A program made the translations under genes and the position numbers. 64,000 bases of DNA from Phoronis australis (taxonomy: Eukaryota; Animalia; Phoronida), in assembly GCA_002633005.1 (NCBI GenBank), contig NMRA01000146.1:757834-821833 (forward strand). Reading direction: 5' to 3'. Below are positions 35,170 to 48,850 of this stretch, one piece after another. Under the pieces are notes generated by a model that was given only the letters and a program-made list of their open reading frames with translations, was not told where the DNA came from and did no database searches. Each line of letters opens with the position of its first letter. Position 1 is the stretch's first letter.

Positions 35170-38100
35170 TTACACTAATACTAATTGTTCATCTTGGTGA
35201 GTAAGCTGTTTCCGAATTTTTTCCATTGCCAATTGCGCGGCTTGACGTCTTGGTCTATCAAGAACAGTCTCCTGGTTTGATTCTCGTTCAGTGGCAGTCT
35301 GTTCACTTGTGTCCGATCCACTCTTATAGTTTGCCTCCAATGGATATAATTCGGCAATGGGGCGATTTGTGTATCCACCCTTTGTTTTGATGGTTGCAGA
35401 TCGCACAAATCCATCTGCGCCCATGTTTACTTCGGTAACAATACCCATAGGCCAATTGACACGTTTTTCGATGTCCATGTGGATTAATACAATGTCTCCT
35501 TTGTTTATAGTATTACACTGAGTGCGTCCATGCGTTGTGGTCTGAGAATGTCTCTCACGTAAAATTGGTAAATACTCTCCTTTCCAACGCTTCCAAAAGT
35601 CCGTAAAGAGTCTATCCAAATATCTAACGCGGCTAGTCATGGCGTCGCGTTGAAGCGTAAAATCAGGATCTGTAATTTCATCAATCTCTACAAACTGTCG
35701 AGGTAAAGTTGACGTTATACGTCCATGGATCAGGTGTGATGGAGTGAGTGGTACTGGATCATCCTTGTCACTTGAGATGTAGGTTAGTGGTCTGTTGTTG
35801 ATAACAGCTTCGATTTCCGTTAACAATGTGACGAGTTCATCGTATGTGACGCAGGATTTCCCTAACACCTTCTTCAGTGATGTTTTGGTAATGCCAATGA
35901 GTCTTTCATAGAATCCACCAAACCAAGGCGCTCTTTTAGGAATAAAAGACCATTTGACGCGTTTTTGACGAAGATGATTCTCAACAGGGACACTTTCGAT
36001 TAGATTTCTGATGTTTTCCGCTGAAGATACGAATGTCGACGCATTGTCTGAGATGACATGGCTGGGTAGACTTTTTCTGCTACAAAATCTGCGAAAGGCT
36101 CGGATAAATGCTTCTGAACTCATGTCTGTGACTAGTTCCAGGTGACATCCTCTGGTGACAGCACACGTTATCAACAATACGTAACACTTATTTTGGTTCG
36201 AAGTTGCATTTCGATAGTAAAGCGTACCTGTAAAATCCACTCCAACAATAGTGAATGGTGGTGCTTCTTCAAGCCTGTATATAGGTAGGGGAGGATCCAG
36301 GGGTCTCGCATAGGGTTGTCCATTAACTTTGAGGCATCGGACACACTTCCGTAGCGCCGACTTGACAATTTGTCTGATTCTTGGTATCCAGAACTGTTGT
36401 CGCAAATGAGTAATCGTTGATAAAGTTCCAGCATGTTTGAGTAATCCATGTGCATGTTCAATGATAAGGAGTGAAAATCTGTCATTCGGTGGAAGCAATA
36501 TAGGAAATTTAGCATCATATGTGCTGTATGCATGCTCAAGCCTTCCCCGACAACGAATGACGGCATTGTCATCAAGGAATAATTTCAATTGTCGCACCAA
36601 TGGAGACTTCGATTTTGATCCTCGGAGAACTTCTAATTCACGGGAATAATACTGTCGTTGAACGTGTTTAATCCACAATAACTTGGCTTGGTTCAGGTCT
36701 TCTACGGTCAATTTTGAACTTGTTTCTTGCTTGCGTAATCTGTGCACAAACTTCATCACATAGGCAGTCACATGTAGTAGTCTGTCCAGGGTAGAAAATC
36801 TATTAACATCAATGATTGCTTTAAGGTCAAGAGTGTATACCTCTGCTTGTGTCTGTTGTGTCTGCTGCTGTTGTTGTTGCGTAACAGCAGTAACGTCTGT
36901 AGTTGTGTCTGTTGACTGGAGTGTTGGTGGGACATCTGGAAGTAATCCATCTGTTGATGTGCTCAGATCACACAGGTCAGTATTGCACGACATCACAATA
37001 CTGTCTGGGGAGGGATTGATAGGCCAGTCACCTGTGGGTAACCATACTGGACCCGACCACCATAGTTGCGATGACTTCAGGTTTTCAGTGGAAATGCCTC
37101 TTGTCAGCAAATCTGCAGGATTATCTGCTGAAGGACAATACGTGACGTTGTCGAACCTTGCAGACTGTATTTCACGTACTCTGTTTGCGACAAATACGGG
37201 TAGTTTTTTGTCACAAAGAATCCAGTGTAGAGTGATTTGGCTATCTGTCCAAAGTACTCTCTTGTTCACTTGGAGATGGCTAGAACTTAGTGATTTCATG
37301 ACGAAGTTTGACAGTCGAGTTCCTATCAGTGTAGCCATTAGTTCCAATCGGGGTAGTGTGATGTCTTTTGTCGGCTTTAATCTTGTTTTTGCCATCACCA
37401 GGGTAATTTCGTTTCCTTGTTTTAAGTAGACCGCAGCACCATAGGCAAGCAAACTGGCATCGCAAAACACATGGAGCTCAATATGATTTTTGGTAGGGTC
37501 ATTGAAATACTGGCGCGGCACCGTGATGGACCGGGCTGCAGTGAGATCATGAAATATGTCATTCCATCGCTCATATACTGTAGATGAGAGTGGGTCGTCC
37601 CAGTTCCATTTCTCTTGCCACAGTTGTTGGATCAATAGTTTAGCCTTGACATGAACTGGGGACAGAAATCCGAGGGGGTCAAACACGGTAGATGTCAATT
37701 TCAGCACTTGTCGCTTGGTCACTTCACCATGAGGTTGAGTTGACTGTGGTGTATACATTAGGTAATCTGTAGATGTGTTCCATCGCAGTCCTAGGACATT
37801 GACAATTTGATTGGCATCTCCATTATCATCTGCATTTATTTTGGCTTGTAGTATGGGGTCACTTGTGGCCCATGACCTCAATTTAAAGCCAGCTTGTTGC
37901 ATAACACCATTAGCCTTGGTGTAGTATTCCACTGCTTGTTGAGAGGAATCTTCTTGGTCGTTACTTGATGTAACACCAATTAGAATATTATCAACGTAAA
38001 TATTCTGTTGGATGTCGCTGGTCACAGGATCATCATAGTTGTCCAAATGTGTTTTGATGACTGAGTTCAGGATGAACGGACTGGAGCGGGAACCAAATAG

Positions 38101-40684
38101 GACGGACTTGAATCTGTACACTTGAAATTCACTTTCTGGATTCGCTGGATCAGTTAGCCACAGAAATTTCGTGTAGTTGCGGTCAGCCTTATGTAACCGG
38201 ATGTTTAAAAATGCTTTCTCGATATCGCTCGTGAATGCCACTGTCTTTGTGCGAAAACGTATCAGGATCGAGACAAGATCACTCAGTAGGGGCGTTCCTG
38301 TTTCCAGACAGTCGTTGAGGCTTGGATTATGTTGAGTGGAACAGCTGCAATCGTAAACAATTCGAATGGGAGTAGTTGCACTGTCGTTCTTCTCTGAGTG
38401 TTGTGGTATGTAATGACCTACTGTGTTGTCATCAGCTACAGGCTCGATAAAATCTCTGTCTTATTGTTCCTGTATGATTCTGTGATAAATCTGACGTGTG
38501 TTGTCACCAAGTCGACGAACCATGGATCGTGTACGGGCCTGGGTGACAGCGTAATTGGTGGGCAACGGGTTGTGGTCAGCTTTCCAGGGCAATCGGGCAG
38601 TATATTTTCCATCATCATCTCGTGTGATACTGTTGGCGCAGTAGTCATTTAAGTCGAACTTTTCATCCTTAGTGTTGTCACTGATGCCAATTGCTTCCAA
38701 ATCCCAATAAATGGAAGCCATTTTCTCGTCTGGGTGTGAATCAACAGTAACTTTCATGCAGGTAGTGTTGACCATCAGTGCGGTATCAGTTGGAGTATTT
38801 ATTGGTCCTGACAATAAATATCCGAGTTTAGAATCGACAGCAGTGGGTCCTGGACCTCTAAGTGTAGTGTCCCCGACAATTGACCAGTAATAATCAGCTC
38901 CAATCAGTAAATCAATGTCGAAGTTAGGATCTGTTACATGGGAAGCAGTAGGTAGATACTTCAGGTAATCGTGGTGAGCCATCACAGTCGGGACAAAATT
39001 CTTGATGGGCGTTGAAATTTTCGGCACAATAATAGCCGACAAATTCACAGTACCTTGGCGTGTGTCCAGTTCCAGTGTTGTTATGGCGTTCTGATGTGGA
39101 GTTGACTTGTCATCACCAAATGTTGACAGGTTAATCGTTTCCCTTGGGCAGTTGTTTGGATTGATGTGCAATCGCTGGGCAGCTTGTTGGGTCACAAAAG
39201 TACGTTGTGAACCCTCATCGAGCAGTCACTTGGATCTGAGTTGAGCCATTCTTGATAGTGGCGGACGCAGTTTTCAGCAGTATTGGTCCAGACGTTAGAG
39301 TTAACTTGACATGGGTGTCCTTGGGGGTGGGACCTGTTGGCGCAGTACTCGTGGATTGTGGTGTAGGTTGAGTGGTCTCTCTCGTTGTGTTTCCAGTTAT
39401 AGTACTAGTAGTCTGACAAATCGTGGTGTGATGCTTCTGTCCACACGTGCGGCATGAAAACTTAGATTGACAGTCTTTCTTGATGTGTTTGTTGGACAAA
39501 CAATTGAAGCACAGTCGATCGCGTTTCAAAATCTCCATTCGTTTAGTCACATCTGTGATGACGGTACAGGTATGGGTTTGATGGCTTTGTTTACAATAAA
39601 CACATCTTGGTTGGCGTGGCCTTGGGGGACCGGATGGGCGGAAGCGGGCATTCACATGGAAACTTGAGGTAGAAAAATGTTCAGTCGTACTCACATCATG
39701 ATTTTGCGATGACTCTCCAGCAGAGTTGGCGTCAATTTCTTTCAACAGGGCGGTCATTAGTTGTTGGAGGGTCCATGAATCACCAGCGTGATCTCGGTGC
39801 AATTGTGTCTTGACTTGAGGCGGAATTTTTCGCTGTATTATTGAGACGATCATGTCGCTGTCCGCTGCTTTTCCAAGGGTTTTCAGTCCTCGAATATAAG
39901 TTCAAATGCTGTCGTGGAACTTTCTGAGGCTGTTAACATCAATGCTCGGCTGCTTCAAATCCAGAATCGCCTGCATATATGAATTCACAAGCAATTCTGT
40001 TCTTCCGTACCTTGTTTTTAGGAGGTCTATGGCTTCATCATAGCTCGCATTAGTTAGTGGTAGTCCCTCTATAACTTTGGCTGCATCTCCAGAAAGTTGA
40101 GCTCGCAGGTATTGCAGTTTCTGTACAGGGGCAAGACTCGTGTCGGCGTTAACGGCGGCATTGAAGTGATCTAAAAACGTCAGCCATTGTAGTATATTAC
40201 CGCTGAATGTTGGTAGTTGAAGTTTGGGGAGGTTGAATCGCTTGGTCGCTAGTGTGCTGGAGGCTGTGGCTGTGCTTGTGGCGGCGACTGCAGGCGCTGT
40301 TGTGTCCACGGATCCTGGGTGCGTAGGGGGGCTTTCATGGGCTGCTCCTGTCAGTAGACTTCCTGCCATTGGGAGGGAGGTTGTGACACCTTGCTTCTTG
40401 TCTCGTTGCTGCCTTAGGTTCAATAGTGTCATGTTGACGTTGTCGAAGTACTCGGCCGACTCTTCATAAAAGGCTTCGATGTCTGTCGTTGGGGTGGTGT
40501 CGGCGATCTCGTCGTCTAGCTTGTTGAGTAGTTTCACTTTGTCGCCGCAGAGTTGAATATGTGCATTGACTGCATCCAATTTTTCAGTGGTAATATTCTC
40601 TTGCTGTAGAATATCACGTGCAGCGGCAAGGTTTTGAGTGATCTTACCGCGGTGTGCTCTCCTCTTGTTCATGAGTTTCTCCAT
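35170..40684 (-). pseudogene. pol: BEL/Pao #2 gag-pol polyprotein (two in-frame stops, one frameshift)
   Basis: LPKLQLPTFSG, three knuckles, LLDEGSQ, DIEKAF, YVDN, FCDAS, PRLEL, GVDFTG, ISDNA, WFGGFYER; stops at 39902 and 38461, frameshift near 39225. Confidence 0.95.
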
Positions 40685-40708
40685 CTCGTGTCACTTGGCA
40701 CCAACAAA

Positions 40709-41133
40709 TGTGGGGTGTGTGATGAGGTTGTAGACTGCTGGGGAGTCTAACCGGTTCGTTGCTTGTTAGATGGAGATAAAAACTGACTACATCGATTGAA
40801 GGCTATAAGAACACACAAAGTTTATTGGCTCTAACTACAATATATATAGCAACTCAAAATATGTGTGGGTTTTGGGTGTATTTGAGTCAGTTCCTATGAC
40901 GTCAACACAAATAGTAAACTTTTATGAATGGAATTCCACAATCTCGTCCTGGCATGCCATATATGGAAAATGACTTGTTTACCAGACAACCAGATGCACT
41001 GAAACAAAAACATTGATATGCTGAGGTCACTACTCACAGGAACTATTATGTAACAACTCTTCCTTTTGCCAGAGTTAAATGAAAATACAGGATATGACTC
41101 ACTTTCACTTGATCATCATGAGAATTCATGACA
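40709..41133 (-). repeat. 5' LTR of BEL/Pao #2
   Basis: Direct repeat of 34604-35028, followed on - by TTTGT TGGTGCC. Confidence 0.95.
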
Positions 41134-41361
41134 TTATGCAAGTTTCACTGTGCGTAACAACATTTAACATGTTGACTGGTGAGAGTTCACTTGGGTACAT
41201 TGTGACCTATGCCGGGGGTTATTCCAGATAGGGTGCTAGTAGTGGGATCGGAATGTCCTTTCGCATTCAATAACCTAGATCTTCCCGACAAACCTGAGCA
41301 AATCAGTCAAAATAGGCAATACAATAGTTACATTGGTGTTCTTAATTTTGAGAACCAGGCA

Positions 41362-42397
41362 CATGCGCGCACCCAGGGGAGGCTCGAACAAGCACCCCCC
41401 CCCCACTTGCCGAAGTAGGCATGAAAAGGTCAGCCTCATAGAAACAAAAAAATTGAGAAAACGAGACACATGTCCACTAAAAAGCTGGGTAATTGTTTAC
41501 AATATGACGACAATAAGTTGCACATATGATTTTGGTATCGTTAGATTCCTCATGCTGTCACCTTTCCAAAAATTTATGAATTGATCCCCTACCGCGTTTC
41601 CTTCATATTTTATCGTCGAATTTCAGTTAGCACTATTTCCCGGTGGACACCGCCATGTTAGTTCAACTCAAGATAACAGCGACACCTATTATTATTGAAT
41701 GAAACAGCATCATTGATTCTGAATGGTGGTTGCCCGCGCGGGATTCCCGCTAAAGTTTTCCTGACATAATATGGTGCATGCACAAGGAGAAGTATTTTAC
41801 CTTTTCCATTTTTTTAGAATTGTGACCATTCAGTGACCATTTTTACATGAAATTGTCTGAAGTGATACTTTTTTCACAAATCTGGACCTCAAAAACAACC
41901 TCCGCTTTTTGGCAGATTCTTGCTAGCAGATGCGTATATCAGGGTCACCATAGGATCGAATTCGAACCCTTGGTTACGTAACTCGAGCAGTGGATTGACG
42001 GGTCTCGGTCAATTTGAACTTATGAAAAGCGACGATCTGCAAGTCGGTACATTAGTTCAGTTTTTGACCACCAGGTGACTCCTTATCCATTCAAAATGGA
42101 GGTATTACTACCGAGTACCAGGAAATAGTGCGAGCAGAAATTTCACGACAAAAAAACTAAGGGAACAGGGTAGGACAAATTTCTACGTACATTTAGAAAG
42201 ATAACATTGCGAGGAATCGAACGATACCAAAATCATATGTCTAAGTCTTTGTCGTCATATTGTAAACAATTACCAAAAGCTGTAATTCAGGAATGCACTG
42301 TGCACAGCTCTGAACATACCCCATTTTTTTTAGTAAAAGGTCAATATGCCCAAAATTGTTAGCACCCCCTATATATTTTAGGATGGGTGCGTGGATG
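41362..42397. mobile_element. CATGCGCGCACCC-family MITE carrying a nested element
   Basis: catgcgcgcaccc / gggtgcgtggatg termini; 5-bp TSD AGGCA at 41357-41361 and 42398-42402. Confidence 0.7.
41488..42274. mobile_element. Non-autonomous DNA transposon, Merlin-like
   Basis: TIR GGTAATTGTTTACAATATGACGACAA perfect for 26 bp and imperfect to about 65 bp; 8-bp TSD AAAAGCTG (41480-41487, 42275-42282); GG termini with 8-bp TSD fit Merlin. Confidence 0.8.
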
Positions 42398-42869
42398 AGG
42401 CAAGTGAACCTTGCAAATTATTGACCTGTAGTGATATGAGATTTCAAAATCAGGAGCTTCCAAGAATTACTACGAACATAGACATAAGCACACACAACCA
42501 ATGCCAATATACCCAACTTGGGAAATCATTACATTTTACCTTGGTAGTCCCCCCCTCCTTGCATTGATCACACTGGCAAAACCTCAGAAGACAGAAATAT
42601 AATAGAGTAATAGCCTTATGTGAACGTTATGGCTTCCTCTGATGAACCTCCAGATGTATATTACGCGTTAGAAGTTTAGATAATTCACACACAGAATGAG
42701 TCCAAGTCGGTATGTGACAGCGTGACTCGTTCGTGGCTGACAATAACAACTGAACTTAACACGTTCGTTGGAAATCACACCACCCATTGTTGCCAATCGA
42801 TTTTAGAACGCTCTCTGGCACTAACCTGACTTCCAAAACTTGTGAAATGTCTTCTTGCTGGCTCTGCCC

Positions 42870-43737
42870 GTAGAAATATAAACTTCATTGTCGCGGGCTA
42901 GCCAACACACGACTTTTTCTTCGAAGTTGACTGTCGTTATAAAATTCAAACTGTTGACTTCCGGTGGAAACTGCCTTACGAATACAACTCAACACAAAGG
43001 AAACTTGCACAATAACTACGTTTTTTAAGAATTGCATGAGCTCTATTGATTAGATTGCACTGACCAGGTCAGTGTCTCAGGGGATTAACACTGGGTGCAT
43101 TCTTACTGCTGTTGGTCACCGGATGTTCGTCTACATTTAATTTCACGCGCGATAATGAATACGTAATTGCACTAAATCAGTACTGGTTAAACTTTCGTCC
43201 TTTTACGGTTTGTATCTATATAAATGTTAAGGAAACATTTGCGCAACATTTTTATGAGATGATGGGTGTTGCATGAGCAAATAATTATTTTTTGTTGGAA
43301 AATAATGGGAAATTTTTTGCACCAAAAATTAAAAAATATCTCACTATATTCAAATTTTAAAAACTAGAAAACGTAAATTTTCATCACATAGAAACCTTAG
43401 TGTTTTTAAAAAATTCAAGTTTTCCACACATGAATAAATCCAGTTTTCTGAAAAACTTAAGAAGTCAGGAAAACTTAAGATTCTATAATTGGAAAAACTT
43501 AAGTTTGGTGATAAACTTAAGTTATCAGAAAAACTTAAGTTTTGTTAGTTCAAACAACTTAAGTTATTACTTGAAACTTAAGTTTATTTGGGAAAACTTA
43601 AGTTTTACACCTGAAAAAACTTAAGTTTTTTGAAAAACTTAAGTTTTCTGAAAAACTTAACATTGTGCTGAAAAACTTAAGTTTTTCCTCTAAAACTTAA
43701 GTTTTCAGCGAAAAACTTAAGTTCGTTTTTGTAAGGG
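42870..43737. repeat. Repeat copy 2 with expanded AAAACTTAAGTTTT array
   Basis: Homologous to 9139-9840; more than a dozen aacttaag units in 43450-43730. Confidence 0.8.
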
Positions 43738-44034
43738 AAGACACGACCTCAAGTGTTTTCATGCAGCGGAATGCTCAACAAGCATCACGCATGTGCGCTC
43801 ATCCGTTATTGCTCTTGATGATCACTTCATCACGCTGTATATTGCGATTTACCGCAGATAATTATTGCTTATTTCTGTATAATTTCTTAATATGTTGGTA
43901 CACCAATAGAACCCAATTTTATTTTTGAAACATCATAACCAATGGCTTGAACATAGCGTCGATATTAAATCATAAGCGCATGAAAACGGAAGACTGATCG
44001 GTTTATAGTGTCACCCATCATCCATCATCATTCA

Positions 44035-45133
44035 GAAATTGTTGTCACTTTCGCAGTAAAACATCTTTTCGAAACTAGAGCCTTCCTATGTAGCCGGCTA
44101 GTTGCATGAAGACTATTTTCAAAACACAGCAAGGTGCCACTGCTTATTGAGACCAAACAGACCTTGATACTTCACACAGCCCGGATAGTTACGTTTGTCA
44201 CCTCGTCGAAAAGCTTGTATCAACATAAGCTCAATACTGGCGGGTGTGCATGCAAAATCTGGAAGTCAATTGGCATTCAAGTTGCCCGTTACGGCCGTTT
44301 AAGTGGGAGAAATCCGACGTCATCTTCTTGCGTAATTCTCTGCCTTTTTAGCGAAAAAACGTATATCGTCGTTTTGAAAAAAGTTCATTGTGACACGCGA
44401 CACTTCCAGAATGTTTTCAACATCTCCCATTAGATGATGAAAACATCTCAGCAAAATTTGTTCTAAAATTCGGTTCACTGATATCAAAATTCCAAAAACA
44501 TAACGAAGTGAAACCAATTCTGTTCATTTGTTGTGACGTTTACGTAACCTCGAGGGAGAACGTTTGATAGAAGAATCTGGGAAAAAGAAACTGGCTAAAA
44601 GGTGACGCAATATTTCATTGGGGCGAAAGTCGACGCATAAGATCACAACATAAATTAGCAGCAGAATAATTGTAGAAAACCATTTTTGCAACGCTGGTGA
44701 ATAATTTAGTTTACTCTAGGAAGATTTTATTCGGTCAGTTTTTACCCACAATGGCGCAAATTTGTATATTTAATTTAGTAAACAGATTCGCACCAAGGCT
44801 ACAGCCTTCCGAGCCCTTTCGCGTAAGAACACAATACTTGGCGTTTCGCGTATACTCCAAGAAGTAAAACTTTGAAAATAATATTTTCGGGGTAACCTGG
44901 TACATGTAATCCTAACAAAAGTAGTCTGTGTTTTCATGTAGAGCGTAAAATGATTAACCCATTGATTCAAAAAGAACACTCTCGCAAACGAAAACGCACA
45001 CAATTTTGAGCTATATTATACTGGTTAAAAAACAACTTTTATAAGTTTATTGCATCGGATTCTAGTGATCACAGGGCAAGTCAAAACTCTTAAAGGGGCG
45101 CAATTTCAAACCTTTGGCATGAATCAGTGATAT
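44035..45133. repeat. About 1.1-kb repeat, inverted relative to 48851-49974
   Basis: Continuous diverged reverse-complement similarity (roughly 80% by eye); antisense ORFs 44134-44433 and 49280-49729 give similar peptides. Confidence 0.9.
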
Positions 45134-47889
45134 AAAAATGGAAATACATGTAGACCGACTTTAGTTCATCAGCAATCTAGACACAACAGTTACAGACACT
45201 CACTGCGTTTGTTAACGTCTTGTGGCAATGATGGAAATAATTTTTTCTACTATGATTGATAACAGATTTTACTCTGATGAGGTATGATGCAATATGCACG
45301 TCTGATATGCAGAGTCAGCAGGTGCAAAAATATTTACTGGGTTTAATGAATCCGTTTGTTATGAACCACTGCAAAAGTATAATTACTAATTGTACATTCG
45401 AAGCACGCCTCATTAGAATAAAAACATACACATGCTTGATGATCCTGGGAGTACCTCTTTTACAAGGAATGAATGAAGATATATAGTTGTTAAGCCATAG
45501 AGGATAATAAAGCTTAGATAATATCACACTGAGCCATGTACACGAGGCATATACAAAGGATACAGTATTTCAAAAGAAGCCTCAACTACTCATTTTTCAT
45601 AGTCATAACTACTCATTTTTCATAGTATTACTAAATCACGAACACCTAGATTTATGTCAGAAGTTACATAGTAGCAAAACATGCAAACTCTCCAAGACCA
45701 AAAATAAATATCTCAAAACCAGACATTTTACTTAAGCAGGAATAAAAACAATCCAATAGATTGCGATTGTTTTCACACAGAAGCTAGACCAAAAAAAAAC
45801 AAATAAAGACTAAAATTCACCACGTCAAGTCAACACGTCACCATACCCAAGCATTGATCTTTCAAAGTGATACTGTCCGTACTATACAAAACAAGGGCTA
45901 TATGTTCAACCTCTCGCCGACAACAGACATATTATCTTCGAAATGGTGCTGAATTTCTGTCGTCTAATCCACGTTTTACAATAGATGCCAATGTATAGGT
46001 ACACACTGGATTGTCATCATTGCATAATGGGTGATCACGTAGTCTCCGGGCATGAAAACAATTCTCTCCTGGCGTGATAAGTTTTCTAACGCAATAAAAC
46101 CTGGTTGCCAATTGTTTTTGATTCTACAGAGATTTCAATTCCTGAATAGAAAATGTGTGTTCTGGATTTTTCCGCTTCAGCTTTCCATTCAGGTAACTAG
46201 TGCACAGCACAGTGTTTTTACTATCCACTGCAACGAATCACTTCTGGTACAATCTTTCGTAAACGACTTTCGTATTTTGCACATATCTTCGGGGTAACAG
46301 TTTTCCAAGAGCTATATATTCATTGGACAAGTTTCTGTTTGGTAATCGGTTTTATTTTCTGTCTCAGGTAGTCCTTGAGCTCATGCTCTGAATGTTTTGA
46401 AAACGCAACTCTTTATTTACGCAGATACGTTTTCCTGCCCGTGGGCACCGACTCGCTGAATTCACCAACCAAACATTTATTTTTGAAAATGCACTCAAAA
46501 GTGTAGTTAAAACACCGTGTTGATCATAGTCGTCAGTGCAGAAAAGCGAAATGAACAAATTTGTACACACTGCTCAAAGCACTTTTGTGGACATACGGAA
46601 ACGCCAACGTCTCTGTCTTACAACTCTGCGTGTGCTTGGCATTTCTGATCAAAGCGCTCTCATGCTGGAAACTTTATTAAGACTGAGCACCGTTTCAAAA
46701 AATTGTATTTTTTCTTACAGCTGAGCACAGAATTATTATGCGATTTTAGGACTGAAACGGAACCAAATCTCGAGTGGTGACTCATTAGAATGTGCAAAAT
46801 TCGGGGAGGGGGGTGGCTGGCAATACAAGCATGATTTTTTTATTTTCGCGCCAAACATGTAGTTACCACTTCTCATTCAGCGTCACTTACTACCTGAGGT
46901 GGCCAGATCATACATGTACGCTATCAAGATCACCAGACGCTTTGCTTCTCAAAAGTGCACCTTTGTGTATTTTCTATCATTTTTTGCCATCGCAATCGCT
47001 TTACCAAAGTTTCACGCACATATGCCGCGTAGAGACAAATACCTCTTCACCACGTATTCACATCTTGCCGTTCACAATTGTTTTATTTTGCATAATTTGT
47101 CAATATGTTGTTGACAGAAAATATTTATTTTTGGAACAACGTGAACGACCAACTGATAGGGGACTACGTGTATACAGCACATGTAACTGCTAGCCCAGAT
47201 ACACTGAAAACGGAATGCGCAAGGCTACTTTGCTGTAGCCTCAACAGTGGTGATGTCACCGTCTTAGTTCGTGGAAACCGTAACCATAATATGATTTCGA
47301 AGTTAGAGCCATCGAAGTCCGTGGGTTTAGGGCATACTGGACCGTCAATTTCGCGTCTGTACTACAAGGGTCAATACTATGAAAATATATCCCTGGAGTG
47401 AGAGCTTTTCGCGGTGTAAGAACTCACTCACTAATCCATCATCATGGGCGCGTGACAGGAGACCGGTGACTAACTTAAAAAAACGCAAAAAGATGCAGTT
47501 TGGCGTTACACAAACAACTTGAAATCAACTGCGGGCGAAGACTGCTAAAATAGCTGCGTTTACAAAATGACTACAGCGTTGTATTGCCCGGGAAGCAACC
47601 GATCTAATACATCTTGTTAACGTCACGAGTCAAATTAAAGATCAAATGTAAAGAAAACTTTCACGTTTTTCGACCAAAACTTGTTGCATTGTCCATAATC
47701 CAATGTTTACTATTACCGCTTGCTTTCAACCTTCGAATTAGTGGTATTACACAACCGACGTGAACTCATGTAACCGAGACAGTAAAACTAGGTTAATTTG
47801 TTTGACCCTGTGCTAAGACGAATATGCATCGACACACAAAGTGGTATGAGCCAGACAACCTATTACGCTACTGCTACTCTAGCCTAAAA

Positions 47890-48099
47890 ATAGCAGCCGA
47901 CCAGCTGGTCGGCTGATGGCCGGTCGGCTGAAGGGTCGGCTGAAGGGTCGGCTGGGGAGTCGCCTTATGAGTCGGCACTGCGGGCGGATGCCGGTCGGCT
48001 AATTTTTAGCCGACCTGTCGGCAAATTAGCCGACCGGTCGACGGCTAGTCGTCGACCAATTTCCGACCGGGCGGCCAAAAATTCGTGATGTGTGCTGTA
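47890..48099. mobile_element. GC-rich CCGAC/GTCGG foldback MITE right end
   Basis: Repeated gtcggc/gccgac units, terminus atgtgtgctgta, shared with 50080-50231. Confidence 0.6.
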
Positions 48100-48439
48100 C
48101 ATGAGTAGCCAGACCCCAACTGTGCTGCACTCCTTGTTCAAGGCTTAAAATAGCTTTGAATTACAATACACGTGCACGAGAAAACGCACCACTGCAAGAA
48201 ACCTATGTAAGTAACTCGGACAAACTCATAAAAAATGGGAACTGGGCCGCATAGTAGGCCCTGTCCTACCCGCCCCATTGATAAACGTTGTATCTCGCCG
48301 CAGGGTCTCCCCCACCAAAGCCGACGGGGATTGCCGCAAGATATCCCACTTATACCCAGTGTTGTGTATCTCATGTTGTCAAATAAAGTAGACACCCCAT
48401 TAACTACGCAGTGAAACGAACAGAATTGAACTGAACACT

Positions 48440-48630
48440 AGGAAAACTTACGAGTGAACGTACTGTTGCATGTGGCTGCGCCAACAGGAAGCTGGAGAAA
48501 AAGAACAAACAGCGCTACCATCAGACTTGGTGGGAACTAACTAGGAGTTGGATATAAAGCATGAAGGGCTGTCTAATGTTACTTGCCCAAATAATAGGAT
48601 TTATGTCAGAGTGCCATGAATCTCATTATT
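48440..48630. repeat. Second copy of the 16861-17052 repeat
   Basis: Direct high-similarity match. Confidence 0.85.
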
Positions 48631-48850
48631 TTAAAGGTCTTTTGAAGTTGTTCCATGACTTCGGAAAATCTCCGTGGTGAGCTGAACATTGGCTTCACCA
48701 TTTGTCGCGATCTCATCAGAGTAAAATTTGTTATCAATCATAGTAGAAACATTTATTTTTATCATTGCCACAAAACGTTTACAAAAACAGTCAGTGTCTG
48801 TAACTTCTGGGTATTTCTACATTGCTGATGAATAAACGTCGGTCAAAATC

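Larger units (their letters stand above)
34604..41133 (-). mobile_element. BEL/Pao LTR retrotransposon #2, full length, lightly disabled
   Basis: 425-bp LTRs 34604-35028 and 40709-41133 (about 7 differences); TSD TTATG (34599-34603, 41134-41138); PBS-like TGGTGCCAAGTGAC; PPT-like GGCCGGCGGAG. Confidence 0.97.

Noticed and set aside
39215-39904. Stop read-through or programmed frameshift in BEL #2
   Set aside because: The TGA falls inside gag and the shift is just before the protease active site with no slippery sequence; ordinary decay is simpler.
45083-45095. CTC-TTAA as a Sola3 terminus of the 1.1-kb inverted repeat
   Set aside because: Similarity between the arms continues about 40 bp beyond the TTAA, so it is not the boundary.
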